In this document: one piece after another, positions 1-7,485 of the stretch
Layout: each line of letters starts with the position of its first letter
Position numbering within the stretch: the stretch's first letter is position 1
Source: a virus
Taxonomy: Duplodnaviria; Caudoviricetes
Virus record (IMG/VR): IMGVR_UViG_3300001869_000021
Coordinates: 1-27,072 of that record
Direction: 5' to 3' (one strand)
Length of the DNA stretch: 27,072 nucleotides
The notes under the pieces: generated by a model
What the model saw: only the letters and a program-made list of their open reading frames with translations
Told to the model about the DNA's origin: nothing
Databases searched by the model: none
Made by a program: the position numbers and the translations under genes

Positions 1-25
1 ATGAAGTTCCATTGATCTCCCTGTT

Positions 26-541
26 CTATCTCCATCTATTTACCTCAAACCACCAATCTAAATATTCCAACTTAGCCATCCAATCGGCCCGCCTCCAGAC
101 GTCCCGCCACGTTCGAGGTTTGTCTGCCCGTCTGAGCGCGTTCCATGTGTAGCGGTGCAATTCCACCTTGCGGTCATACTCTGCCCTGTAGGCTTGCAGG
201 GCGGCGGTCTTGGCTGCCTGTTCTCGTTGCCATCGGATTAACTCTCGCCGGTCTGGTTTTTGCCCGCATAATCCAAGCCCAAAATCTTCATTTAGTCTTA
301 ACATTGCTTGCGAAAAATTAATGTCAAAGGTTCGCATTGTAAAGGCAAACACGTCTAAATGTAAGTCACACACATAGCAGTGGAATAGATTATTTTTAAC
401 CGAAGCGGACGGGTGATTGTCCGAATGGAAGGGACAGAGCGCACGACTACGACTGTCAAAATGAACGCCGTAACGCTCGCATACCTCCTGAATTGATAGG
501 CGGGATTTGATTTGGGCGGCGACGTTAGAATTAAGGCTCAT
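26..541 (-). CDS. CHC2 zinc-finger protein (stand-alone DnaG-type primase zinc-binding domain)
   Basis: CPFH...FHCYVC motif and DVFAF..F.I.F.QA pattern typical of zf-CHC2. Start moved to ATG 541, overlapping the upstream gene end. Confidence 0.8.
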   Translation of the reverse strand: MSLNSNVAAQIKSRLSIQEVCERYGVHFDSRSRALCPFHSDNHPSASVKNNLFHCYVCDLHLDVFAFTMRTFDINFSQAMLRLNEDFGLGLCGQKPDRRELIRWQREQAAKTAALQAYRAEYDRKVELHRYTWNALRRADKPRTWRDVWRRADWMAKLEYLDWWFEVNRWR

Positions 542-929
542 AATATTTTTGCAATATCCCAACTTGAACCTTGCCATCGCAGGCGTCCCACATCGATTTA
601 AATGCACAATTGAATCGCGAGTCTTTCATACTGAACCAATAAAGAATATAAAGCCGAAAAACCTCTTTGCTTAAAGTTTTAAGCTTGTTGAAAAACTTCT
701 CATCAATTCGCTCGTCGTCTGGAATTGAAAGGACAAATTCAACATCAGCCTTAAAAATAAACTTAATCTCCGGTGCTTCTGAATTTTTAGTATCCCATGA
801 CATTTGACCTTTGCGGAATGTAAATGTGATAGGGTATTGTTGCTTTTGTGAACTCATCGTCCAATTTTCTTCTTCAAGTAATTTATTAAGTTTTTCTTCG
901 GAATCTTGCAATTCTGTTAATAAATTCAT
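531..929 (-). CDS. Hypothetical phage protein (132 aa)
   Basis: ORF with AAGGA RBS, in the operon orientation. Confidence 0.75.
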   Translation of the reverse strand: MNLLTELQDSEEKLNKLLEEENWTMSSQKQQYPITFTFRKGQMSWDTKNSEAPEIKFIFKADVEFVLSIPDDERIDEKFFNKLKTLSKEVFRLYILYWFSMKDSRFNCAFKSMWDACDGKVQVGILQKYYEP

Positions 930-1052
930 GCTTTCAGTCCTTCTTTCTTTCTTCTGCCCTTTCGGGCCGAAGCAGGCAATCTATTCACCCGGCCTGCTCC
1001 GATGTATTCGCTTATATAGCAATGGGCATATAATACTCGCCCGTGCTTTCAA

Positions 1053-1844
1053 TTAACCTATTTCCCTATAATCTACAATCTCGGTTAGTACTTCGGTTTC
1101 CGCACAGTAATCACAAATTCCGCACCGTTCTGGCTCAATCAAACCTTTTTTAATATCGTTGTACCTCTCAATATTCGCACCCACTTCACACAGGGCAGCA
1201 GCGAGCGTGTCATTTGGTATGCTTAAAATTTTTAATCTGGTTACTTTTTGCTTTGTTGCCCCGCATATAAATACCGGTAAGGTCAGCCCTGTGTTTTGCC
1301 TGACGATTTCTTGATAAATTGCCATTTGTAAATCATACCGCCAAGCCTCCACAAAAGGCAATTTCCCCTGCCCATCCACCCAAATCGGTGCAAAGTCTTT
1401 CATTATTTTCAAATCGACTATGCACTTACCCGGATGGTATGAATCAATTTTAATCTTTACAGGTACGCCCATAATCTCGCCAGTCATAATCACCTGGGGC
1501 TGCCCTGCCAGATACACCATAAACATATTGTCACGCTCGATACGGCGTATGATATTTTCAGCCTGTATGTATTCGGATTTTAACCCGCCATTTTTGAGGA
1601 ATATTTCTGGATTCTTTGCTTTGAATAGGTCGAGTGTGCCGCTGAAATAATTATCAACGTAGCTACCCACAAGCAAGGCAGTTGTTTGCTCCTGTCTGTA
1701 TTCGCCGCGCAGTTCCGCCATAGCCGCGGCGGGGCAGGCTTGAAAGGCTTTGAATTGTGAGCTGCCCATATAGGCGAGTTGATTGTCCTGTGAGAAATAA
1801 TTACTCTCGTTTAAATCAGATGTTATCGAGGTCAACCGGCTCAT
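1053..1844 (-). CDS. PD-(D/E)XK exonuclease-like protein (RecE C-terminal/DUF3799-like)
   Basis: KIKID...IVDLK and YDLQMAIY motifs, C-terminal CGICDYC, located in the recombination module. Confidence 0.8.
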   Translation of the reverse strand: MSRLTSITSDLNESNYFSQDNQLAYMGSSQFKAFQACPAAAMAELRGEYRQEQTTALLVGSYVDNYFSGTLDLFKAKNPEIFLKNGGLKSEYIQAENIIRRIERDNMFMVYLAGQPQVIMTGEIMGVPVKIKIDSYHPGKCIVDLKIMKDFAPIWVDGQGKLPFVEAWRYDLQMAIYQEIVRQNTGLTLPVFICGATKQKVTRLKILSIPNDTLAAALCEVGANIERYNDIKKGLIEPERCGICDYCAETEVLTEIVDYREIG

Positions 1845-2412
1845 CTCCCTTCGTCGGTTCCGATTCTTCTTCCGGCATCGGTTCTGCCGCCAGTGCAGCG
1901 AGCGGATCCGCTATTTTCAGCGCATCCTCGGCAATCTTGGCTTTTGTAGCACAGTCAGAGCACAAAGCCTTGCCGTAGCGGCTGTAGGTGTACTGTGCCA
2001 CCTGCTGAGCGTTCATCTTCCCCGCCGCCTGAATTTCCTTGTCACAGTCCGTACATTTTGTAACAGTTATGGTCTGCTGAGGGATAGTTGGTTTAATTCG
2101 GAGCGCGTCAACAACCTCTCCGAACGCCTTGACCTCTGTAGCATAGATCTGTATTTTCCTGCCGGCCCACTCCTCTATGTATGGCGTTTTATATAATTTT
2201 GTAATGGTCTTAGAATTTGTTGAATTGAGTATCATTGGCTTGACGTTCTCGGCAAAATGTATGACAGTACATTCCTCTTTTTTGCCGTCAGGACCGGTCA
2301 CAATTTCCCGTACTACCGATTTAATTGTGTAGACAGGTTCCTGCCCGGGATCCAGCGCATAGGCACCGATATAATCAGGATTGGTTAGTTTCTTCCAGTG
2401 TGTTTTACTCAT
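1816..2412 (-). CDS. Recombination-module protein (possible ssDNA-binding/annealing partner) with C-terminal Cys motifs
   Basis: GGAGGA RBS before ATG 2412 (MSKTHWKK), CTDC...CSDC, acidic tail, directly upstream of the nuclease. Function is inferred from context. Confidence 0.6.
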   Translation of the reverse strand: MSKTHWKKLTNPDYIGAYALDPGQEPVYTIKSVVREIVTGPDGKKEECTVIHFAENVKPMILNSTNSKTITKLYKTPYIEEWAGRKIQIYATEVKAFGEVVDALRIKPTIPQQTITVTKCTDCDKEIQAAGKMNAQQVAQYTYSRYGKALCSDCATKAKIAEDALKIADPLAALAAEPMPEEESEPTKGDEPVDLDNI

Positions 2413-2587
2413 CTTCGTCCTCCTCAAATTCTTCAAGATATCGTTCATAGGCATCATTGCAATGGCTGCCTTCACACATTACAGGACCGTTGCCATAATT
2501 ATTTATGCCTCTTCCTTCTTCGGGTATCGGACAATAGTTGCAGAGTTCTTCTTCCAGTTCTTCTACGGTTTTAGGTGTTTTACTCAT
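2405..2587 (-). CDS. Small acidic Cys-containing hypothetical protein
   Basis: Overlaps both neighbours (translational coupling); CNYC...CEGSHC. Confidence 0.65.
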   Translation of the reverse strand: MSKTPKTVEELEEELCNYCPIPEEGRGINNYGNGPVMCEGSHCNDAYERYLEEFEEDEDE

Positions 2588-4014
2588 AATTCCGCCACCG
2601 TAAGTTCATCATCATCTGTAGTTCTTGCAGCGATAAATTGAAGTCCCTTAGCTTTACACTTTGCGTACAATTCTTCACGGCTCTTAGTATCTAAACATTC
2701 AGCCCCATTAATCAAAATCATTTGAAGTGTGCTAGATTTACTGATAGTTATATCTATACACAAATCCAAAGCTTCCCCGTCTGAAAGATTAGATATAGGG
2801 CGACCTTTAACAAGTGGCATACCGTCTTTTACAGTTAATCCCTCAACAGGCAATGTGGCTACTTTGAGTATTTCACTTGGCAATTCTCGGGCAAGCTCAA
2901 TTTTACGTGTAAGCTCTCCGGATTGTGCTTTCAGTTCCTCGTTGCGTGTCTGCTGTGCCGTCATGCGCTTATATTCGTTAAGATGTAGTTTCATTGCCTC
3001 TGCTGTGTTAATCCCATCTTGGAGCGCCGTGGTGTCTTGCAACGGCTTTGATATGTATTTGTTTGCGGTCTGTATGTCCGTTTCAAGTATTGCAACCTGC
3101 TCGTTATATTTAGCTTGTACAAGTGCCTTTTTATCGGTAAGTTTCCCGTCAAGTGTTTTAAGTTTATCTTCTGCGGCTATAATTTCCGCTTTGAGCCGTT
3201 CAATGGTATTTGTTAGACTTATTCTCTCTGCATTTATTTGTTTTTCTTCGGCAGAAATAGCTATCTCTAATTCAGCTTGATAACCACGGATTTTGTTATC
3301 GTAGCTTTCCTTAAACAGTTTGGCACGTTCTATTTGACCGTTTATAACCTTTATTTTAGACAACTCGTCATACTTAGGGGCGGTCTGATATTGCTCCCAT
3401 TTATCTATTTGATAGCCTGCCGGAATGGTGTCCGCAATATCTTTAACGGTTTTAGTACCGTGCAGCAATTCAGAGTTTATAAGTTGTCTTGTTTTGTAAT
3501 ATTCTCCCGATTCGGCTTGAATATCGTTCAAAACTTGCAAGATGTTTTGAGAATAATTAACCCCTTGTGGAATTTCTCCAAACTTCTCTTTTATCCAATT
3601 CAAATCCCATTCAAACACAATCAGATCAAGTAATGTACGATTTTTTTCTTGCCTTGTCATTTTGGTAAATTCAATCGGGTTGAGTTGCAGAGGTGTAAAT
3701 ATATTTTGTAGAAAATTTTCAGGGCTTGAAACAGATTTACCGTTTTCTTTGATTGACTTATAATCTGCCTGTGTAGTGCGTTTTTTTCTGTCAATCGATA
3801 AGCCTGTATCTGTTTCAATCAGAATTTCGCCCTCTGTTTCGCCTGTACGGACAAGCCACTCCTTTTCGCTGTCATTCTTAAAAGCGTATCGAATCGCCTC
3901 GATTATTGAAGTTTTGCCAGCTCCCTTTTTCCCAGTAAGCTCATAATTCGAACCGTTTAGCTCAATTTCTTTCACACCGAGTATGTTGGTAATTTTTATT
4001 TTGCTTGTTTTCAT
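2584..4014 (-). CDS. SMC/Rad50-like ABC-type ATPase with long coiled coil
   Basis: Walker A GKKGAGKT, central coiled coil, LSDGE signature-like motif, degenerate Walker B (MILINGAE). GAAAGGA RBS before ATG 4014. Confidence 0.85.
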   Translation of the reverse strand: MKTSKIKITNILGVKEIELNGSNYELTGKKGAGKTSIIEAIRYAFKNDSEKEWLVRTGETEGEILIETDTGLSIDRKKRTTQADYKSIKENGKSVSSPENFLQNIFTPLQLNPIEFTKMTRQEKNRTLLDLIVFEWDLNWIKEKFGEIPQGVNYSQNILQVLNDIQAESGEYYKTRQLINSELLHGTKTVKDIADTIPAGYQIDKWEQYQTAPKYDELSKIKVINGQIERAKLFKESYDNKIRGYQAELEIAISAEEKQINAERISLTNTIERLKAEIIAAEDKLKTLDGKLTDKKALVQAKYNEQVAILETDIQTANKYISKPLQDTTALQDGINTAEAMKLHLNEYKRMTAQQTRNEELKAQSGELTRKIELARELPSEILKVATLPVEGLTVKDGMPLVKGRPISNLSDGEALDLCIDITISKSSTLQMILINGAECLDTKSREELYAKCKAKGLQFIAARTTDDDELTVAEL

Positions 4015-4015
4015 A

Positions 4016-4045
4016 TTGACATTTCCTTTCAATCCGCTGTATAAT
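4016..4045 (+). promoter_or_regulatory. Consensus sigma-A promoter antisense to the early operon
   Basis: TTGACA (4016-4021), 18 nt spacer, TATAAT (4040-4045). Confidence 0.7.
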
Positions 4046-4051
4046 AGCGGT

Positions 4052-4103
4052 ATAAATATTTTTCTACCGGCTCGCTCGCGCTCTAACGCGGACGGGCTTT
4101 TTG
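4052..4103 (+). ncRNA. Candidate ~50-nt antisense sRNA ending in an intrinsic terminator
   Basis: Lies between the 4016 promoter and the hairpin GCTCGCTCGCG-CTCTAA-CGCGGACGGGC-TTTTT (4070-4102). No ORF. Start position is estimated. Confidence 0.5.
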
Positions 4104-4207
4104 TTTACGCGTAATATTAGCCTCATTGATAATTGATAGATCAGGCAGCACGCTACGAGGTACAGGGGGAAGATGGTGCAGAATAGTAGGATTATAGCGA
4201 TTTGCAT
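4064..4207 (-). CDS. 47-aa membrane peptide (hydrophobic N-terminus, basic C-terminus); absent from the supplied ORF track
   Basis: AAAGGAG RBS. Manual translation: MQIAIILLFCTIFPLYLVACCLIYQLSMRLILRVNKKPVRVRARASR. Confidence 0.65.
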   Translation of the reverse strand: MQIAIILLFCTIFPLYLVACCLIYQLSMRLILRVNKKPVRVRARASR

Positions 4208-4227
4208 TTAGATAGCTCCTTTCGTTT

Positions 4228-5487
4228 TTAATCTTCTGGGTCGTATTCTTCTTTTACATCTTCGGCGTCAACCAGACTATCCATATCATCAAACGCGCAT
4301 TGACGATTTTCGAGGAGTGCGTCCGTGCTGTCGAATACATCTAAAATAGTGGGAATTCCTTTACTTCTTGTCTTGTAGAGTTTTCTCAATTCTTCTGCCA
4401 TGCCGTAATCCATGAGAGCCTTCCACTGCGTATGGTGCGTATGCCGTAACATTTGTTGATGATTATTTTTATACAAAATATCTGTTGCGCAGCCCATACA
4501 ACCATTTCGCTGCATTTTGTGTTCAACGCCCTTGTTGTCGATATAACCGACATCATAAAGTTTCGAATATGGCACATCATATTTATGTATGTATTCCCAA
4601 ATATCTTCATCTGTCCATATCTGTAACGGGTTGCAATGGTAAAAAGGGTCGTCTCCTAAATGCGGTCTGTGCGATTTAAACAAATATCCTCGCGTTGCGA
4701 AATTGATTTTTCGTGTTCTGCTTTCGGATGCCATTAAACCTTTAAAAATTACGTCAATGTCAAGCTCGGCCTGTAATTTTTCAGACGGTTCTTTTTTTAT
4801 TAATTTGCAGCAATGCTGTGAAAATTTGCACTCTTTTAAAATGTCGTAATATTTTAAAAGTTCCTCTTTATCGCTTGCACTCTCTGAAAACTTTAAAAAA
4901 CAGTCAATATTAATTCTCCTTGCGTCAAGCTTTGAGGCCGCCTTGCCTAAAATCGGGAAACCGTACTGATCTGCACACCACCAATAAGACATTATCGTTC
5001 CAGCAGGCCAAACAAGTTTTCGTTTCCTAAAATCCTCCCACATTTGGGGTGTTGCAGTTTTCTCAAATGAGTGAGTGTTTTTTAGTTTGCCATCCTCTTT
5101 TAGCACCTCTGAAATTCTGTCCTCTTTTATCAGCCATTCGAGGACTTCACGCTGGGCTTGATATTTTAGGCCATCCTGTTCGGTGCGGCTAAGCTGTGTT
5201 TCGTGGAAGTGCTCGTCGCCCCATTCCTTGCCTATTTCACGGGCAAATTTTAGACTTTCAGGATATTCAACACCAGTATTTCCAAAGATGATTTCAGGGG
5301 ATTTTTCAGGAAAGTATTTGCGAATTATATGCCATAAAACTGTGCTGTCTTTACCGCCACTAAATGCAATAGCCGTTTTATGCGTTGATACTCCAAATCC
5401 ACTCGCTATAGCATTAATTGCGGTTAGTATTTTATATTCAATCGGCTGTTTAAACTCTGCTTGAATGTCCACGAATGATATATACAC
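4228..5487 (-). CDS. Phosphoadenosine phosphosulfate (PAPS) reductase-family protein
   Basis: PP-loop AFSGGKDS, NTGVEYPE, CC..IKKEP, NPLQIWTDEDIWEY and RNGCMGC. Probable GTG start at 5487 just after the upstream stop. Confidence 0.85.
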   Translation of the reverse strand: MYISFVDIQAEFKQPIEYKILTAINAIASGFGVSTHKTAIAFSGGKDSTVLWHIIRKYFPEKSPEIIFGNTGVEYPESLKFAREIGKEWGDEHFHETQLSRTEQDGLKYQAQREVLEWLIKEDRISEVLKEDGKLKNTHSFEKTATPQMWEDFRKRKLVWPAGTIMSYWWCADQYGFPILGKAASKLDARRINIDCFLKFSESASDKEELLKYYDILKECKFSQHCCKLIKKEPSEKLQAELDIDVIFKGLMASESRTRKINFATRGYLFKSHRPHLGDDPFYHCNPLQIWTDEDIWEYIHKYDVPYSKLYDVGYIDNKGVEHKMQRNGCMGCATDILYKNNHQQMLRHTHHTQWKALMDYGMAEELRKLYKTRSKGIPTILDVFDSTDALLENRQCAFDDMDSLVDAEDVKEEYDPED

Positions 5488-5488
5488 C

Positions 5489-5716
5489 TCACTTGTCCCC
5501 TTCCAAAACTCCAGCTTCATTATCCGTAATCCACCTGAACTCGCACGGTCTCCAAACAATCGCCTCATGAAACTGGTTGTAATATTTGCCATCGAGCAGA
5601 TATCCAAACTCACTGAAAACGCCATTTGTTAACAGCACCATGCGCCCTGGTATGAGCTTTTCAACTGGCAAGTTTATGTATGGCATATCTGCCATGTTGG
5701 AAAATGGTTTTAGCAT
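5489..5716 (-). CDS. Hypothetical phage protein
   Basis: ATG 5716 overlaps the upstream stop; N-terminus MLKPFSNMADMPY. Confidence 0.65.
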   Translation of the reverse strand: MLKPFSNMADMPYINLPVEKLIPGRMVLLTNGVFSEFGYLLDGKYYNQFHEAIVWRPCEFRWITDNEAGVLEGDK

Positions 5717-5988
5717 GAGCTTGTCCCTCCAATCCCCAGCATGTCTAAACAATCTTCAAATCCATCGGCGTAATAAGAATCTGGATGTTTCTTATGGAGT
5801 TCATCTATTCTATCGTGGACTGCTTCAATAAGTTCATTGGGTACAACACGCGGCAGTTTTTTAACATTCATCGGTTCAAATTTATCACCAGGAACGGCGC
5901 CGAGTTCTTCAAGAAATCCAAAAAGCTTTTCTTGGAATTTCGCCCTTTCATAGGGTATGTCAGCCATGTTTGTGTGGTCTTTTAACAT
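5710..5988 (-). CDS. Hypothetical phage protein
   Basis: GAAAGGA RBS; N-terminus MLKDHTNMADIPY. Confidence 0.7.
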   Translation of the reverse strand: MLKDHTNMADIPYERAKFQEKLFGFLEELGAVPGDKFEPMNVKKLPRVVPNELIEAVHDRIDELHKKHPDSYYADGFEDCLDMLGIGGTSSC

Positions 5989-6005
5989 TTTTATCATCCT
6001 TTCTA

Positions 6006-6278
6006 TTACCAACATCCGTAATTAGATTCGGAATCTAACTTTTGCCGTTCCTCTTCTGGCATTTCCGTATACCAATTTGTTTCAATAGTTTCTTCGGTTT
6101 CTGGTGCGAAGTCGGGGCAGGATTTAAGCTTTCCAGCTCCGTCACATTCCCACGGAATACGTCGCATTGGAAAGTGCTCCTCGCAACAAGCCTTTTCGTG
6201 AATATCATCGTTCGTGTGGTCGTTTACACATAGGTTGCAAATGCAAGGGTAACAAGATTCTTCATGTTCAACTTTCAA
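6006..6278 (-). CDS. Cys-rich hypothetical protein
   Basis: AGAGGT RBS, TTG start, CYPCICNLC...CC...C...CPDF. Confidence 0.65.
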   Translation of the reverse strand: MKVEHEESCYPCICNLCVNDHTNDDIHEKACCEEHFPMRRIPWECDGAGKLKSCPDFAPETEETIETNWYTEMPEEERQKLDSESNYGCW

Positions 6279-6323
6279 TTTCTTTACCTCTTTTCATTTT
6301 TAGGGTTGTCCTAAACTTCTTTC

Positions 6324-6352
6324 TTGTAAATTTTTATACATTGATGTAATAT
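6324..6352 (+). promoter_or_regulatory. Sigma-A-like promoter for antisense gene 6376-6573
   Basis: TTGTAA, 17 nt spacer, TAATAT, followed by GGGGAGGT RBS. Confidence 0.6.
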
Positions 6353-6375
6353 GGTGTCGAGGGGAGGTGGCAAAT

Positions 6376-6573
6376 ATGGCTGTTGATTTAAGCGAATTTG
6401 TTGAAGTAAAAGAAACGAACGACGTTGACGAAGTAAACGAAATGATAAACGGGCATTGGACAATTATTGATACTTATGTAAATTATGAATACATAAATGA
6501 CAGGACTTTTACCTCGTTAATGTACAGTTTAGGAAGAACACCAACTGAGTACGAAGGAATAAAAAGATTTTAA
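6376..6573 (+). CDS. Small antisense (moron-like) protein, 65 aa
   Basis: Strong RBS GGGGAGGT and its own promoter. Sequence MAVDLSEFVEVKETND...MYSLGRTP. Confidence 0.8.
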   Translation: MAVDLSEFVEVKETNDVDEVNEMINGHWTIIDTYVNYEYINDRTFTSLMYSLGRTPTEYEGIKRF

Positions 6574-6746
6574 TTTATGCGTCCCAAAGAGTACATTCTA
6601 TATCCATCGTTTCTATCATCACGTTTCTCGTATTCACCAATCAGAACCCACTTGCCGGATGCAGTTAGAATTTCCACTGTTGACTTGTCGCTTGTTTCAA
6701 GTACTTCTTTTACAGTAGGGAGTACTTCTTTTTTGCACTTTTCCAT
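6570..6746 (-). CDS. 58-aa protein paralogous to the convergent gene 6376-6573; absent from the supplied ORF track
   Basis: GAAAGGA RBS. Manual translation: MEKCKKEVLPTVKEVLETSDKSTVEILTASGKWVLIGEYEKRDDRNDGYRMYSLGRIN. Confidence 0.8.
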   Translation of the reverse strand: MEKCKKEVLPTVKEVLETSDKSTVEILTASGKWVLIGEYEKRDDRNDGYRMYSLGRIN

Positions 6747-6768
6747 TTTAATTTCCTTTCAGCTTGTC

Positions 6769-6972
6769 CTAAATCATTCTTCCCGGCAGCATATCCCGCG
6801 CCGCCATGTAAGCTTCGAAGCGGGCCCGAACGATTATATACCGGTAACGCTTTTTGCAGGGTACCGCTTCACCAAACGGATATAGTCGTGCTTTTAATGC
6901 CATTTGCAAAGTTTGAAAATCTACGCCCATTATTTTAGCGGCGGCTTTAACATCTATTAGTGAGTTATCCAT
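6769..6972 (-). CDS. Excisionase-like/MerR-type HTH DNA-binding protein
   Basis: GAGGTG RBS. IDVKAAAKIMGVDFQTLQMAL..RLYPFG.A...YRYII pattern of a winged-helix Xis-like protein. Confidence 0.65.
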   Translation of the reverse strand: MDNSLIDVKAAAKIMGVDFQTLQMALKARLYPFGEAVPCKKRYRYIIVRARFEAYMAARDMLPGRMI

Positions 6973-7039
6973 TACGGCACCTCGCTTTCTTCTAATTTTT
7001 GTCACCGTGCTTGGTGGTATATTTTATTGCCATTTTGAG

Positions 7040-7068
7040 TTGTAAAATTCATCCTTTCAGCGTAAACT
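7040..7068 (+). promoter_or_regulatory. Sigma-A-like promoter for antisense gene 7092-7280
   Basis: TTGTAA, 17 nt spacer, TAAACT, followed by AAAGGAGG RBS. Confidence 0.6.
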
Positions 7069-7091
7069 GGTGGCGAAAGGAGGGCTTGCGT

Positions 7092-7280
7092 ATGAAAAGA
7101 GATTTTAGCGAATTTTTAAAATTGCATAACACAGAAGACATAAAAGATGGCGCGTTGTTTTCATTGTCTGATTTTCCGGTCACAGAAAAGCAAAAGGAAT
7201 TTCTAAGCGCTATGAGTTATGGTGTTGCGCTTAACTTGTTGGAGCAATATCACGAATGGGTCAATTCGTGCGAAGACTGA
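7092..7280 (+). CDS. Small antisense (moron-like) protein, 62 aa
   Basis: AAAGGAGG RBS before ATG. Sequence MKRDFSEFLK...LLEQYHEWVNSCED. Confidence 0.75.
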   Translation: MKRDFSEFLKLHNTEDIKDGALFSLSDFPVTEKQKEFLSAMSYGVALNLLEQYHEWVNSCED

Positions 7281-7399
7281 TATTTGGTCAATGCCCGTTT
7301 TCTCACCGATTCGAAAGGGTCATCTGGCTGCTCTTGAGCTTGTCCCTCAAGTGCGGCCACTCTTTTTTCAAGCTCTTTATTTTTCTTTCTACCGAACAT
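7250..7399 (-). CDS. 49-aa protein convergent with 7092-7280; absent from the supplied ORF track
   Basis: AGAAAGGAAG RBS. Manual translation: MFGRKKNKELEKRVAALEGQAQEQPDDPFESVRKRALTKYQSSHELTHS. Confidence 0.65.
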   Translation of the reverse strand: MFGRKKNKELEKRVAALEGQAQEQPDDPFESVRKRALTKYQSSHELTHS

Positions 7400-7466
7400 T
7401 TCTTTTTCACTTCCTTTCTTATTTCTTACTGCGCCGTGCTTGGCGGGCTTTTCTTTATGTATGCTG

Positions 7467-7483
7467 TTACGGTTAAACCGTAA
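7467..7483. promoter_or_regulatory. Perfect 17-bp palindromic operator downstream of cro
   Basis: TTACGGTT-A-AACCGTAA, matching the operators in the cro/repressor intergenic region. Confidence 0.75.
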
Positions 7484-7485
7484 TT

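Larger units (their letters stand above)
6306..6773. repeat. 10-bp direct repeats TTGTCCTAAA bounding convergent gene cassette A
   Basis: Exact copies at 6306-6315 and 6764-6773. Confidence 0.75.
7003..7445. repeat. Direct-repeat mini-hairpins (core CCGTGCTTGG) bounding convergent gene cassette B
   Basis: CACC-GTGCTT-GGTG (7003-7016) and CGCC-GTGCTT-GGCG (7432-7445): same loop with a compensatory stem change. Confidence 0.7.

Noticed and set aside
940-1010. Hammerhead or other self-cleaving ribozyme
   Set aside because: No CUGANGA core on either strand by eye; kept only as a generic structured element.
5488-5625. N-terminal extension of the PAPS-reductase-family ORF
   Set aside because: It overlaps the upstream gene. 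The GTG at 5487 with an AAGGGG RBS is more plausible.
6577-6885. Plus-strand 102-aa ORF from the track
   Set aside because: No RBS. It is the shadow of two better supported minus-strand genes (6570-6746 and 6769-6972).
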